Shown: piece by piece, positions 28,838 through 44,116 of the stretch
Position numbering within the stretch: position 1 is the first letter of the stretch
How the letters are laid out: each line of letters starts with the position of its first letter
NCBI RefSeq assembly: GCF_009914755.1
Contig: NC_060928.1
DNA from: the human T2T-CHM13v2.0 reference genome, Homo sapiens
Length of the DNA stretch: 64,000 nt
Strand: one strand, 5' to 3'
Notes under the pieces: model-generated
Databases searched by the model: none
The model's input: the letters and a program-made list of their open reading frames with translations, nothing else
What the model was told of the DNA's origin: nothing
Position numbers and translations under genes: made by a program

Positions 28838-30158
28838 TGTCATCTGAAAGACCACCAGGATGGCTAAACAGTAGAAAAGAGAGTTAGGCTGGTAATACTG
28901 GTTTGCACTCTGGTAAGAGAAAGTCTCCAGTATGGACTCAAGTTTCTCTCTCTTCAAAGAGGGGAAGGACAGGTTGGATTTTATGCCTCAAAGGATCTAT
29001 ATCACACACATTTAGCAGGTTTTGGGCAAAAGCTATACACATTTAGGAGGGGAGTCAAGTGCATGCAGATTGGGTAAACAAGTACAATATAGAACATGCA
29101 TCTCAGGTCTACTTTGGAGTTGGATTTTATCATTAAAATGAGGTGAAATTTGGCTCTTTACATCAAAATGTCACAGCCCAGTGGGTTCATCTTGCCCAGT
29201 GCCCAGAAAAACCAATGCACTGGGAAAAGCAGGCATTGCAGCAAAGAAAGAGATTAATAATCACAGGAGCAGTCAGAGGAAAGAAAAGGAGCTATTTCTC
29301 AAATCTGCCTCCCTAAAAATTTTGAGGCTAGGGTTTTCTAAGGGAACTTCTGTCAATAAGGATCTAGGGAACTGAAACAATTGATTGGCTGGGGATGAAA
29401 TCACATGGGTGTCTTCACTGTCTTCCTGCAACTGAGTCAATTCCTGGGAGACGATCTCAGAATCAAGTGATGTCTCTTGGTCTGCTGAAATGCCATATGT
29501 GAAATATATCTCAAAGACCACTTCTTTAAGTTTGGCAATAGTGATGTTATCTACAGCAGTAGTTAAGGAAGTTATAACTTGTGCCCCCTTGGTTATGTGA
29601 CTCTGGAGCAGTAAGCAACTTATAGAAAAGCAAGCTCAGCCATGGCAGGTATTTGCTTAGCAAAGTTCAAGCCCTTACCAAGATTCTAACCCTGTGACCT
29701 TTTGTTAGTCTTTACAAATACAGTTTTAATTTTCTTTATATAAAGGAGGGGATTGGCTTAAGGAGGAACTATTATGGCCTCCACACAAGAAGGAGCAAAA
29801 GCAATTCACCCTGGTAGAAGCAAGATGGAGTCAGTTATGTCAGATTTCCCTTACCACTACAATATTTGCAAAGGTGGTTTCCAAAAAGTAAACTATAGGA
29901 CAAAAAGATTATCTATGCACAGCCTCTATAAGCTGGTTGAAACTGGCCTAAGTTCTGCAGTAGCTTATCAGAAAAGAATTTGTAAGGCCACCCCTCTCTC
30001 TAATCAGAGAGCGCCTACTGTTAGGGTGTTTAGCCCCAGAAATTTAGAAATTTGCTTTGTCAGCCAGGCCTGGACTCTCAACAGATAACTTTGTTTCCTT
30101 AACGTTTGTGTCCATCTAAGTTTAAACAGGGGCATCCAGTTTGTTGTCTCAGATCACA
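28838..30158 (-). mobile_element. ERV1 (MER4-group) solo LTR, split (28838-29168 and 29884-30158)
   Basis: TG...CA termini and a 4-bp TSD agtt at 28834-28837 and 30159-30162. Confidence 0.7.
29169..29883 (-). mobile_element. LTR8/LTR26-like ERV1 solo LTR (innermost)
   Basis: The - strand begins gaaaccacctttgcaaatatt..aaatctgacataactgactccatcttgcttct. TG...CA termini and TSD aaaa at 29165-29168 / 29884-29887. Confidence 0.75.
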
Positions 30159-30972
30159 AGTTTAAAGATCTCAATTGCCTCTATTGTGACTCTAGAATCG
30201 GGCAGCACTTTATTTCATGAAATTGACTAAGTATTCCAACAAGCTGAGCAGAGAGGATTGGTTTTGTAGACAGAAAGCACTGAAGAGAGACGAAACAAAA
30301 AAACAAAAAGCAGACTGATCATTTCAAAGTTACCTTCCTTGTAAGACAGGAGCGGGGAGAGAGAACCCTAGAAAAATAACTAATTAGTTAGCATCAGGTG
30401 GCTGTAGGCTACCTTTTTCATGTAAAGATTAAAGTAGAAGGGACTTCATTATTACACCAACTGAAGATTGAATCTGGCCTGTTTAGGAAATTGGTTGTTA
30501 TGTTTCCTGATTTCTCAAAAGGTTAGATAACAACTTAGCTTTAGTTTGGTGATGTGGGACTTCAGCATAGGTGACTCCATTTTGGTTTTTAGTCTGGCCT
30601 GTGGAGGCCGAGTACAGGAGCTTAGTCCAAAACAATGGCTTCCTATAACTTTTATGAAACATTCTTTTATCATTAACCAGTAATCTAGTAAGTTACTGTT
30701 TTTCTTATTTCTGGCAGCCAAGCTAGCAAATTATCAAACCCTGGGGGGAGTTGTGGAAACCTCAGATGTATAGCCAGTGGATCAGAAGTTGGAAAGGAGA
30801 CCTAGACTTGTGATTGGCATCTGAAATGAGGGTGGTTTTGTGAGACTGAGCTGGTAACTTGTATCTCATGCTAACACCAGGTAGGTAGTATCAGAATTAA
30901 ATTAAATTGTAGGCCAATCAGATGGGATCTGCAGAGAATTAGATAATTGCTTGATATAAAAAAAGTCCACAC

Positions 30973-31400
<428 letters not shown>

Positions 31401-34400
31401 TCAACTTGACCCCACTCCAAAATAAGTTTATTATCTTAAAGGAATAAATCCTGACTTCCAGAACAAAAGCATTTATTCCCCCAGCTGACAGCTCTCCAAT
31501 GAGTTTCTCTCTTAGGACTAGCCCTTGGCCAAAAATAACTTCCTCATCCAAATCTTACCCTAGGTACTAATTTCAATAGAGTACTTCCTAATCACATTCC
31601 TGTATGTAAAGTTCCTCTCAAAGTTTGCTTCCTTGAGAAAGCCAACCTGTAAACATGAACAAGGCACACTTTGCCAACTCAGTGACATAATTTTCTATAT
31701 AAACACATGTTTGAAAGTGTCAAAATATTTCCACGCAATCCCCTCAAGTACATATACAAACACAAGCATGTATGCATGTACACATACACACAACATATTC
31801 AAATTGACTGTTCTTGTTATAAATAATTTTTCCTTTCAAATTTCCTTTTTTTCTATAGGGAATTCAATAAGCACTGATTCAAAAGTACTTGAATATCTTA
31901 ATGAATAATAACTTAATGAAAGCTAAGCTTATTTTTCATTGTTATTAGAGATGGTGTACTATCTGTATTGTTATTTTTTTAGGGAGATCTAGTTGCATGA
32001 ATAACATTCCATGGAGGAGGATCAAACTCACCAGATAACTAAAATAGACCAGAAAACAAGTTCAAAGAAGTCGAGTGAACATGATTACATAATAAATAGG
32101 AGAATTTATATTTAGAAATAAGTAAAAACATTAGGCTCAGATTTGCCCAAAGATAAGCTTGTTTGTTTTGGCACAAGGTATTCTATTTTAGAAAGTCTAA
32201 ATAGAAAGTCTAAGAATAGTTTTGTATCTCATTTGGAAGCAAAATGTATCTGACCTGATCTCATTTAGTTTCAAATCTTGACCTGAAGAAATAAAGGTTT
32301 ATTGTGGTATGTATGTATTTTACTTGGTTGGAATATTTAAACATTTTCTTGTAGAAATATTAAGGATTTTTATTACAAGCTGCAGTACCTAACACACTGG
32401 ACTTGTTACAAAGTGTACAGTATATACTGTGTATTCATCATGTCCTCTTTCTAGACTTTGAAAATTTCTGAATGCCAAAACATATCTTATATATGTAATT
32501 TCAATACTAACTTTATTCAAAATGCAATAAAATATAAAATGTAATATATATGCATGTTTAAAATGGCAGCAAAACCTGAGATCTCTTAGGGACATTGTTT
32601 AATGTAAAGAACTTATTAATCTCTTCTCTAAAACAAGTATATTATTCTGGAAGTTCTTTGAAGCAATGCTAGAATAATTTAGCCATTATATACTTTATTT
32701 TAATACATATAAATTAGGTGAATATATAATGATTTAGAAGGGCAGAAGAAAGAAAAGACACCCGGAATGAAATTGCTAAGGATTTATGGTGCTCCAAAGC
32801 CTACAGCCTATAAACAAAGCTATCATAACTAGCTTTATATGTATAATCAACCATAGAGGGTAAAATTATTGTTTTAGGATGTTACTTTGTTGTTTTACCC
32901 AAGCATTGCCTTGATCTTTATTATTAATGCCTGCTACTTGCCTTCTTTCTTGTTATTTTTCTCTTCTCTCTAAATCTCTCTTCTCACAAATCAATATTTT
33001 TGAAATTCCAATTTAATTATTCACCTAGTAAATAATTGTTCTGTCCAGTAGTTGTGTTTTTATATAATGAATGGCTCTGTTGGGAGAGTGAACTATTACC
33101 CACCTCCCCACCTCCTTCAGGCTAATGCTTTATTTAGGTAGAGTAAAGCACGGTGTGAGATAATGAGGAGTGTCTGGATGGAGCGATCCTTCCGAATGCA
33201 ACAATAATTTCGTGAAATGCATATACAGAAATGCCATAATAAAAACCTCTGAATTTCTTAGAATGCACTAAACTGTGCAAATTAAACTCTCTGTATAACC
33301 TCAATTTATGCCTTTGAAAGTGGATATAATGTTAATATTAAACCCTTCTTATTGATCCCACCATTTATCACATAGTCCACTGTTCATTTAGTATCAATCC
33401 ATGATTATCATTTTTACAGGTTTAAGTCTATTTCAGATTACTTCCATTTATTGGAGACCAATAATGTCATTTTATTAAGGGCATTGTTCATAAGTCTAAA
33501 TGCAACCTACCTGTAATGTGTACTATTGCAGTGACAAGTAAATGACTATTTGTAAATTAGCAACCTGACAAAAACAAAAAAGTAGTTAAAATTATATTTC
33601 AATTAAAATATTTAAAGAAGAGCCTTTTATATCTGGATCATGGTACATGAACACCTGCAATCTTATTTTCTCTGTATTTTAATATTTCATATTAAATATG
33701 TTAAGGTTTCTCAACGCAACAAAGACACTCTCAAATTAATTTGACCGATGCTATTTCATATAGAAATTAGTCTTAGGAAGCTTTTAAATTCCATCTGATC
33801 TCGTATTTTATAGTAGTTCTTCTAACACTTTGTTCATTTGTGGTTTTATTTGTTGTCATTTGTGGTTTCATCTATGAGACCACAGCATTGAACTTTGTAA
33901 GGAATATTCTAAGTGGATATTTTTGTGAAATTAACTTTACGGTATTTGAATAGCGATATTAGAGAGTTACTATATGAAAACAGGTAATATATTGTTTATA
34001 TACGGTTGTATTCTGCCTGGTCTTACAGATTCTGTTTCTGTTTTATTAGCTGAGTGAGATCTGAAATGTTATGTTTTTCCTCTTTATTGCTAATGTTTGC
34101 ACCTATATTCCAAAAATATTTTTTTCTAGTAGGAAAGTATTATTATACAGTTTTATTTGGTGTCTTCCAGCCTTTCCCTGTGGCCAGAAACATGCTGAAA
34201 TCTCATACATTATAAAATTCTAGTCAAAAGAAAATCAATAATGAAAAAACGAGTCATGTTCTGAAAGTCATGCTATATATATAAATCAATTACAGATGGA
34301 TAAGAAATTTAAATATTGGTATAAAGTAAGTATTGTAGAAGAAACAAAAACATTATCTATAAGTAAATAATTTTAACAAGTACAATGTGGACAAATTAAA

Positions 34401-34529
34401 CTACACTAATATTAAGAACTTTATTCAGGAAAAACACCATTGAGAGAGAATAGAGACAGAGGAAAAGGATAAAATAAAATATTTTTAAAACATAATATTA
34501 ACCAAGGATTTTTCTAGACTATGTAAACA

Positions 34530-35037
34530 CACTTGGCTGTTGAACAACACAGGTTTGAAATGTGTGGTTCTACTTACAGGCAGACTTTTGACAACGTTGC
34601 ACTGAGTGTGCCTGCCTCTCCTGCCTCCCCTTCCACCTCCTCTACCTCTTCAAACTCTGCCACTACTGAGAAAACAAGACCACCTCCTCCTCCTTCTCTT
34701 CCCCCTCTTTCTTAGCCTACTCAAACTGAAGATGACGAGGATGAAAACATTTGTGTTTCATCAAACAAAGGAACGATGATTCATTTCCACTTAATATATA
34801 GTAAATATATTTTGTCTTTTGATGATTTTCTTAATAACATTTTCTTTTCTCTGGCATACTTTATTATAAGAATACGGTATATAACATTTATAACATACAA
34901 AATAGGTGTTAATCAACTGTTAATGTTATTGATAAGCTATTAGTAGTTAAGGTTTTGGAGAGTCAAAAGTTATACACAGATTTTCAACCTCATGGGAGAT
35001 TGGTGCCCATAACCCTGCATTATTTAAGGGTTAACTG
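34530..35037 (+). mobile_element. Tigger2a/2b-like DNA transposon deletion derivative
   Basis: Degenerate terminal inverted repeats cacttggctgttgaacaacac / gcattatttaagggttaactg, with internal gcctactcaa..gaagatgacgaggatgaa. Explains the Pro/Ser-rich ORF 34533..34715. Confidence 0.85.
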
Positions 35038-35301
35038 TTAATTTAAAATGGTCCAGTGACATAAACATGCCCTTCAAATAAAATATTCAAATGGCTAATA
35101 AACTTCAGAAACAATGCTCAACCTCAATAGTTATCAGAAAAAAACATGCATGCTCAATAATAATATAAAGTTTAAAATATTGACCATACTCAGTGTCAGT
35201 AAGGATGCAGAACAACTAAGACCATCTCAAACTACTGAGTAAACAGATAAAGCTACTTTGGAAAAATATTATGGTGCAATAATATTAATCATGGGAATGA
35301 A

Positions 35302-35303
<2 letters not shown>

Positions 35304-35335
<32 letters not shown>
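35304..35335. repeat. (AT)16 microsatellite
   Basis: Perfect dinucleotide run. Confidence 0.95.
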
Positions 35336-35338
<3 letters not shown>

Positions 35339-36199
35339 TCAAAAGAGTTATAAGAATGTTTCTAGCAGCATTATAAGCAACAGCCAAAAATAAGAAATAA
35401 ACCAAATATTCTTCAACAGAAGAGTGGATATATATATTTTGAAAATATAATAATAAAACATCATTGCATGGAAGACAACTAGTACATACAAGCCACACAC
35501 ATGAAACACTCAACAAATACTCAGTAAAAGAAGCCAGAAGCTGATGAGTAAATAATGTGCCATTCTATTTATATAAAGTTTTAAAAATAGCAACTAAACT
35601 ATGATATTAGGAGTCAGGACAGTGGTCACTTTTGCATGGGGAGAGAGAAGATAATCTTCAGGGTGATGACTTGCCAGATCATTAAAGTTATATGCTTTAA
35701 CCTCCCCTTCTTGCAGAGACTAATGCTGGGTAATTTGCCTTCTCATCCCCTAAGTTAAGTAGAATGAAAAGTCTCTGAGTAACTGGTAAATATTATAAGT
35801 GCCCAGACACCCAATGAGAGGGAACTCTGGCCTCTTTTTCTTCAAAACATATATCTGCTCATATGCACTTTGCTTTGTAATAAAATTATTTACAACAGCT
35901 AAATATAATAAAAACATGCTACCAGAAATATTTCCATGATATACCGTGGAGGAAAAATAAATAAATTCTTAATTTTTTTGTTCTTTTAGAAAGTCTTTTT
36001 TTATACATTCGAGAAGCCTTTGACTTTTTGCTTTGTGCATTTATGAATTTTATTTTACCATGAGCATATATCACTTCTATGATTTTAAGAAGTTGTGAAT
36101 AAGCATAATGATGCCTTGGAAACTTTAAAGACTATATCAGAGAAACAAGTAAGTAGGGAAGTATGACCTATATGGCAGAGAAAAATCAACCAATAGAAG

Positions 36200-38130
36200 C
36201 AGGTGCAAAACTGAAGCATATGGTAAGATTTATTGACAAGGGCATTAACAGGATTATTATAAGTATATTCCATGTGTTTAAAAAATAGATCTTCCCATAA
36301 ACATATTTAAAAATGTATAGAAGACATAAAAGAGACACAAATTGAGCTTCTAGATATAAAAAAGTCTAAAATAAAATGTGATTAAAAGAAGTTTAAATGT
36401 TGTAGAAGAAATGATCACCAATGAACTTGTATACAGACTACTATAAACTATCCAACCTGAAAGATAGTGAGAATAAAGATGGAAAACAAATAACAGACCA
36501 ACAGTGATCTCTGGGAAAATATCAAGAAGATGAATGCAAGTGTAAGTATAACCACCAAAGAAGGGGGACAGAAAAATCATTTAGAAAATAAGATATATAT
36601 TATTTTTCATATTTGCTGAAAACTAACCCCACAGATACAAGAATTTCAAAAATACCTAAGCATAAGAGATATAATGATAACACAGCAATGTGCATAATAA
36701 TTGGATTGTATCATATAATAATAAAGAGTAAAATCTTAAAAGGATTCAGAAAGAAAATGACACATTATACACAGAGTATAATATAACAATAGCAGCTGAC
36801 TTAAATTTTTTTAGTGAGAAGAGAGTGGAGTATTATTTCAAAATACTGGGAAAAATAAAAAAACCCTGTAACCTAGAATTCTGTATCCAGTGAAAATGTC
36901 TTTAAAAATGAATGCAAAATAAAGATTATTTAAGTTATAAAAATATAAAATAATTCATCAGCAGCAGACCTATCCTACAAGAAATGTTTAAAGAATTTCT
37001 TTTAGCAGTAGTATGACAAGGTGGCTCATACCTGTAACCCCAGCTACCCAGGAGGCTGAGATCAGAAGCTTGCTTGAGCCCAGTAGTTTGAGATCAACCT
37101 GAGCAACATAGCAAGACCCCATATCTAATTTTTTTTAAAGTAGTCAGGAAGTGGCACATACCTGTAGAGCAGCTACTTGGGAGTCTGAGGTGGGAGGATC
37201 CTTGAGCCCAGGAGTTTGAGGTTATAGTGAGCCATGATCGTGCCACTGAATGTCAGATTGAGTGACAAAGCAAGACTCTGATCCCTTAAAAAAATAAAAT
37301 AAAATTTAAAAAGTTCTTCAGCAGAAGAAAATGACACTAGATGGAAATCTAGATTCACAGAACGGAATGCAAAGCACCAGGAATGCCAAATATACCTATA
37401 AACATAAAATACTTTTCCTAGTTTAAAAATATCTTTAAATTATAATAAGTTATTTAAAAACAAAATAATAATGTATTATGCGATTTGTAACATAAATTTA
37501 AAGAAGTGAAATATGTGATAACCATAGCAGAAGACCAGGTGAAGGAAAATGGAATTACAGTATTAGAAGGTTTTTATATTATACACTGAGTGATATAATA
37601 TTGTTTTAAGTAAGGCTTCAATAAGTTTTTAAGCTATCACCTAATGCAACAATGAAAAAGGGCAAACAAAATATCTTTATAAATATTCCCATAAAAGCAA
37701 TGAAAGGGAATGACTTAAAAATATTCAAAAAGAAGGCAGAAAAGAGAGGAAAAGGGGAAAAATTGCAGATGAAACAAATAGAGAAAGAAAATACAGAGAT
37801 GGTAGTTTCAATCTATGTCAATACTCATTTTATATATATGCTCTAAGTACTTAAATAAAAATAATCAATGGTCATATCGAATTAAAAAGACCCAATTATA
37901 TGCTTTCTCCAAGCAGCCCACTCTAAATATAAAGACAAAAATATATTATAAATAAAATAATGAATATAGACATAGTAATGAAGAGAAATCTGGTCAAAGT
38001 AGATTTCAAGCAAGTATTGTTACCTAGGATAAAAAGGGACATTTTCATAATGTTGTGTCAATTATTAAAAGGACCAAAAATCCTAAATGCTTATTCACCT
38101 AGTAACAGAACTTCAAAATACATGAGAGGC
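36200..38130 (+). mobile_element. Old L1M ORF1 / inter-ORF / ORF2-start fragment
   Basis: acctagaattctgtatccagtgaaaat, agcagacctatcctacaagaaatg, caaagtagatttcaag, taacagaacttcaaaatacatga. Confidence 0.75.
37010..37304 (+). mobile_element. AluJ inserted in L1
   Basis: Diverged dimer with imperfect TSD tttaaagaatttcttttagcag / tttaaaaagttcttcagcag. Confidence 0.88.
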
Positions 38131-38159
38131 AAAGTCTAGGAAAACTCAAGACAAAATTA

Positions 38160-41100
38160 CAACTGTTTTCTGAGAAGCAAATAGCAAAACAATATTAAAC
38201 ATGTAAGAATCATATTTGGAAAAACTTCTATAAAAGAAATGTGTGTGAGGCCAGGTTAGACTGAAAGAAGCATCAGACCTTGACTTGTGTTTGACCCTGA
38301 GTGTGGAGAATGGGATAAAGTTTGTGTGAAAGGATCTTGGAATATCTTGTAGCCTAGGGAAGATTCAGACAGGCCATCAGATAAGTCCAATATTTTCCAA
38401 AAATCGTAACGCTTACTATTTCTGCCATACTGCATTGGCTAGCCCATGGGGATGTACAATAATACATCGTGTAGTTCAGCACTTGGGGCCCTTGGTTAAT
38501 TAAGCTCCCTAAAATCAGAGATCTATAAGGTACATTCACACTGGTTACACACTGGTCAACCCAGTTCACCCACTTTGCCACACAGATCTACTTATCCAAA
38601 AAGGATTTGTGGCAGCAACATTGTGGTCCTGTGCATTTTTCATCAGGTAAAATTTGAAAGAAGAAACTTAGTGGAATAAACTACACTTTCATCAATACAA
38701 TTGATATTGAGGCTTCTCTCTCTCCTTTCTCCACTAGCTAATCTAAAGTTCCACTCTAAATTTCCCTTATCATCAGCTACTACTTTGGCATGTTTTGGTG
38801 GCCTATCTCAATTTCATTGAGGAAGCTGTAATCTTTTATTATCATACACTCCTCAGTGTGTAGTACCTGCCCATGCTCATTTACACTTACAATGAAGCAT
38901 GGGATTGGTAAGCAGGATCTCCTGGGTTTCACAAATGCTCTTCCCTCTTCCCACTCTTTAAAAATGCCCTTCCTCCTCCTTGCCAGTATGGTGATTCCTC
39001 TTCTCCCCGGTGGTACACAGAATTCAAAGTGCTCTGGCAGACATAGTGGGCCCATTATTGGGCCACCTAGCAAGAATGAATCACTGTTGAGCAGGACCTC
39101 CAGTTCTGCAGAACCCATAAAGAAGATGGGGAAAAAATATTCCCTGGTGAGTCACTGGGGCTTCTTCCAATGGAGTAGATGGTAAGGGAGTCACTACTTT
39201 TTCCAACCCTTTGTTCCCAGTTTCATGCATTTGTCCTTCCTATGGGAGACTCAGTACCACATAGTAATCTCCTCCTTATGAAATATAGTGTGCCCCAAAG
39301 AACAGCACTTCATCATGTCAGAGTTTTCTCTGAGCTGATGCTTTATGTGCACCTTTAGAAAGCCATTCTGGTGTTCTATATGGTTGACTTCTTTGGGATG
39401 GTATAGTACTAATATGACCTGTGGGTACTATGGGTCATACACCTACCCCTCATGTCTTCTTCAGTGTTAAACAGGTCCCCTAGTCAGATGTCATATTTCT
39501 CAGGATTGTCTGTGCATCAGGTCTTCTTAAAGCCCTAGGATAGTAGGACTCTTACAGATAGTCTGTGTGTAGAAAAAGCAAATCCCACCTGAAATCTTCC
39601 CCCTTTAAGGACAAGCCAAGTGACCTATTATAGAAAGGGAATGAGGTATCTACTTACCACCAAGTAAGTAGTTGAGATCTTTGAGAAATAATGCTACGTT
39701 AAGAGCTCAATGTAGGTCTGTTGCTGGGAAGTTGGTTATTCAGAAATAGTAGTAGCTACATCAGCCTTGGTAAGTCTGTGATGTCAGACCCATAAATAGC
39801 CTCCCTTTCTGACAGCATGACCATTCCGTTCATATGCCTGTTGTACCAATTCTGCAGTGACTGATGATGAAGATCAGCTTAGGTGTATTCACTGAGTCAT
39901 TTTGTCTACTTGGTTGTTAAGTGACTTGTTCACAGTGGATGTTTTCTTGTATGAGTTAACATGTGACATAAAAAACTTTATCCTCTGCCATAGGTATATT
40001 AACAGGATCTAACCTAGATACCCTTATCTTTAACTTTCTAGTTCTTTCCTGTCCACAGGTCTGTATATAAGCTCAACATGGGCCATTTCTTCTGACATAT
40101 ACAAGGATGAACAGGTGCAAAACTTACAGTTCGACTCATTAGAAATATTTTTCTTTTCCACTCTCTTTCAAGTCTGCTCCCAAATGTAGCTGTAATGCAG
40201 TTGTTGTCCCTCTTCACGATGCACCCATGTTCTGAGCTAACTTGCCTATAAACCCTACTTAGACTGTTCCTCATCTTTCAGGTGGTTATATAGGCCTTCC
40301 TATACAACATATGCCCAGGCAGTAGTATGCATGCAATGGTGATAAGTGACATAGGGGTCTGAGAAACCTGCTAATGCAGCTCACTCATACTTTCTGGTCT
40401 TGCTTAGGTTTGAGGCTGCATGTAACATTGCTATCTTACTATGGACTGCTACTGGGTTCATATGACTTTAGGAGTTGATAGGCCTGAAAGAATCTAGCTC
40501 ACAGTGAGAAGTTCCAGACATAGTTACTTGGAATCCTATGGACAAATATCGGGCCTCAGTAACATGCCAAAAGCTGTTTCTTAAAAGGTGTGTAATTGTT
40601 GCAGATGGCATAAACCTGCTCCAGAATTTTAAAGACATGCACTCATATTCTTTCACGAGCTTGTCAATAACCCCATCATTCCCTCTTTTATCCTTACTGT
40701 CACCTCTACTGTGACATGGTCTGCTGGATTGTATGGTCCAGACAGCAGAAATGGAAACACAATGACCTGGGATTTCTGCAAAAAAAATCCCTTCCTACTA
40801 GAACGCACACTCAAAATTGTCAGCTTTCCATGTAATTCCAGTATATAAGTCGAAGTGGTGACCTTATGTGGGAAATATGATACCTCTAATCCAGTGGGTA
40901 AGAGGTTCCGTGTTTCTTTCCTTGTGGTAGGGAATGTAAGTTGCAATAATTTTTATTTCTCACTGCATGAGGTATTCTAGCGTTGTCTTGACTCCTAAAA
41001 ACATCACTAAAGTGTCTAGTCCCTGAGTCTTCGTAGAGTTTATCTCTTATCTTCTGAGGTGCATGTATTTCACCAAGACTTTTAACATACTAACCATCTC

Positions 41101-43100
41101 TTGTTTGTCTTATGTAAAAAGCTCATGCTATTGATGTAATGAATCAGTGTTATGTTCTGTGAAATGTTCAGGTTGTCCAGTTCTGCTTGATTATATTATG
41201 ACAGAGGGTAGAACACTTAACATAGTTTTGAGGCAAAACTATAAATAAATACTGTTGTCCCTTCCATGTTAAATACAAATGACTTCTGGTCCTCTTATAT
41301 TTGAAATGGAAAAGAGCACATTCATCAACTCAAAGTCTGTATGCTATAAATATTCATTAAGAAATGACACAATGTCTTGCATAGCCTGTGTAGTCCGAAC
41401 TCCTGCCCTGTTAGGTCTTCTATAGGCTATAGTCATTCTTCAGACTCCATTTGGCTTACAGTAGCTAAACTGACATATTAAATGGAGATAAATTATAGAC
41501 AACCACACCTGTATCCTTTATTTCTTTAATATTGGCACTTATCTCCTCCACTCCCTTCCCCAACAAGAATACGATACTGCTTTTGATTTACTATCTTGGT
41601 TGTGGGGTGGAAAGAGGAGGCAGTTTTATAGGCTTCTTTTTAATCTTCCCCATCATGATAGCCTTTCCACAACAGATCAGAGATCCAATGTGGCAGTTAC
41701 TCCAGTTACCAAACATATTTCCAAACATGTAGATGGAAACTGGGAACAGGATCACTGGGTGGATACTCAGACCCATTGTGAGACTGACTTTTGCCAGGAC
41801 TCTATTATTACCTAGTCCCAGTGAGCCCCAATGCAACACAGGGCTGAGATAATAATATGAGTCCTGGGGTATCAATATCCTTTTGTAATGTGTCTAAGAG
41901 TCCTTGAAATGTCTGTGTATTCTCTTTGTCTCAGTGTACCATCAGCCAAGTAAATGGTTGTAAGTCCTTTTGGAAAAGAAATTGAGACTTGTCACAATAT
42001 ATTCTTGCATTGGTGTTACAGAGCCCTGTGTTCCAGAGACTCATTCCTACTTTTGATAAGTGGGTTCGGGTTCTAAATATCATCTCAGGTCTGTGATCTG
42101 AACAGAGTCGTGGCTTTTTAGTTAGGCAATTACCTTCAGATTCCTGATTCTCTAATCGTTTTGTCATTGTTGTTATAGATGTTAAGTAGCACATTTGTTG
42201 CCTGTTCAACTATTTTGCCTCTAGGGACAATGATATTGGTCAAATTCATTTGGCCCCATTTCTAACCTTGGCAGTCATCATGGAAATTCCAGTCTCTTGG
42301 ATGCCAGCAGTAAGGGCCACCACAGGCCTTTATTATTAATGGGCATGAAGGGATCCACTTCAACCTAATAGATATAAATGAACCTGGCTCTGTTACAGCC
42401 TCGTTTTCTATCATCCATGGTCTTCAGGGTTGACATCAAATAATTTAGTGATACTGTCACCGCCCACCCTCACTTCTGATGGTCTTTGTGAATTAAGTAT
42501 CCTCTGAGACTTTCCATGGAAACTAATCTTCTGGTGGCACTTTAGGACTTACATAATACATCCAATCCAGCATGCCCATCTCTCTCAGCCTCCTCACTTC
42601 TTTCTCCACCATCTGCCATGGCAACTGAGGCATTCCCACTTGGGAGAGATTTAGATATTTTAAAATCACATTTCTAATAATTACACTTAGCAGCAAGTTT
42701 GTCATATTCTCCGGAATTCTTACTAGATGTTAAATTATATATCCCAAGGAAACACTCTCAAGTCAATACATTCTCTCTTATCTAGTCTTACATTCCAGTT
42801 CCCCTTTATCAGGCACCCTCAAAAATCAATAAATCCCAAGATTAATCTCTCAGTGACTTAGTATCAGCCAGCTAATTATGGCAATTATTTAATTTCAGAG
42901 TCTCTTTCCTCCTTTATGAAGCCCAACACATGGCTAGTTTGGTTATGGTGGGATTTCATCCTAGGTATCAAGCTGACAATCTGGACGTAGGTGGGGTCAA
43001 CCTCTGAAGGGTTTCGTATTGCCTTGCCAGAAAAAGATTTATGCAGCATCTTCCAGCCCAGTGGAAGATCCAGTATTTAGCTGTGAAAAACCATCCATAG
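38160..43100 (-). mobile_element. Decayed ERVL-class provirus (3' LTR plus gag-pol)
   Basis: On the - strand: gag PQLPWQMVEKEVRRLREMGMLDWMYYV (ORF 42523..42705), protease TFQGLLDT (~41885-41913), and RT VLPQNYVK and ITLIHYINS (~41120-41240). LTR-like segment at ~38160-38580. Confidence 0.8.
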
Positions 43101-44116
43101 CCACAATAAGTGTCTCCTTCCCTTTTCTGATCATTTTGCGTTAGCTAGTTATACCACATTGACTTTTGCATATAAATTATTTCACCTAATATTGCATGAA
43201 AATCTAGTGTTTCATTAAGTCTCGGTTGGAATAATTGGACCAATTATTATGTTTTGTAAAATAAGCTGCCCGTTACAATTATTTATAAAAATACAATACA
43301 TGCTCCTGTTGCAACTTTCAAAAACATAGACAATCTCATTTATATTCAGTAGTAATATCTGAATGAACATAGCCAGTTGAATTTAGTCTCAATGCTCCAA
43401 AAACTTTCTTGTGTCTCTTTAAAAATAAGGTCTGATTACTGTTTTGTGAGTTTGCTTCTAATCATATTTACTTCCTTTACCTGATCAAAATTAATCTTCA
43501 TTTAACCAAGGACAATTATTAACCATATGATTTAGAACTTCATCTTGCAGATCATCACACCAATCAACTCTTACTATGAGGACAAGTACCTCTGATTTAT
43601 AATAACTATAAATTAATCAGTATTTACAATGAATAATTCATTCCTGGTAGAGCCCTTGGATTGGGATTCTTTCATTTCTCTCAGTTCAATGCTCTGAGAA
43701 CCACTGGAAAGGGACTTCACATGACCTAGCACACCTTTGTCTCCGTGAAGGAGTCAAGGTGGTCTCTCATCAGCAAAATAGCCTCAGATTGACTTGTTCT
43801 CATTTTGATCTCCTGAATATTTATGGAAACTAAAGCCTTTGCAGTATCTCCTGTGTATGATCTACTGGCCTCCTTTGATTTAATACATGTTTAATTCATT
43901 TTCATATATCAAATATAGAGAATTTATATTAAATATCAACATCAGTTAAGGAGGTATAACAGGATAAAAAGGAGAGAAAACTCTTCTTCCAATATTACAA
44001 TGTAATAATTAATATTTATGTTTTCTTCCTGAGAGACTTCTCCACTGACCATTATTGATACAGCTGACAGGGGTAACTGAGAACATAAATCTTGACTGCT
44101 ATGTTCAAACCATGAC

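Larger units (their letters stand above)
28806..30661 (-). mobile_element. MER31-like ERV1 LTR, split (28806-28837 and 30159-30661)
   Basis: tgtcaaaagacagaattacaataaatttagtt continues as (agtt)taaagatctcaattg at 30159. The other end is ggagcttagtccaaaacaatggcttcctataa. Confidence 0.7.
34250..35660 (+). mobile_element. L1ME-type 3' fragment interrupted by Tigger2
   Basis: Sense ORF2-end and 3'UTR remnants (ggacaaattaaactacactaatattaagaac; gaatgtttctagcagcatt; cattctatttatataaagtt). Confidence 0.6.

Noticed and set aside
38780-42705. ORFs within the ERVL as a possible domesticated gag/pol gene
   Set aside because: Fragments are at most 112 aa, catalytic motifs are mutated (YINS for YIDD) and stops are frequent.
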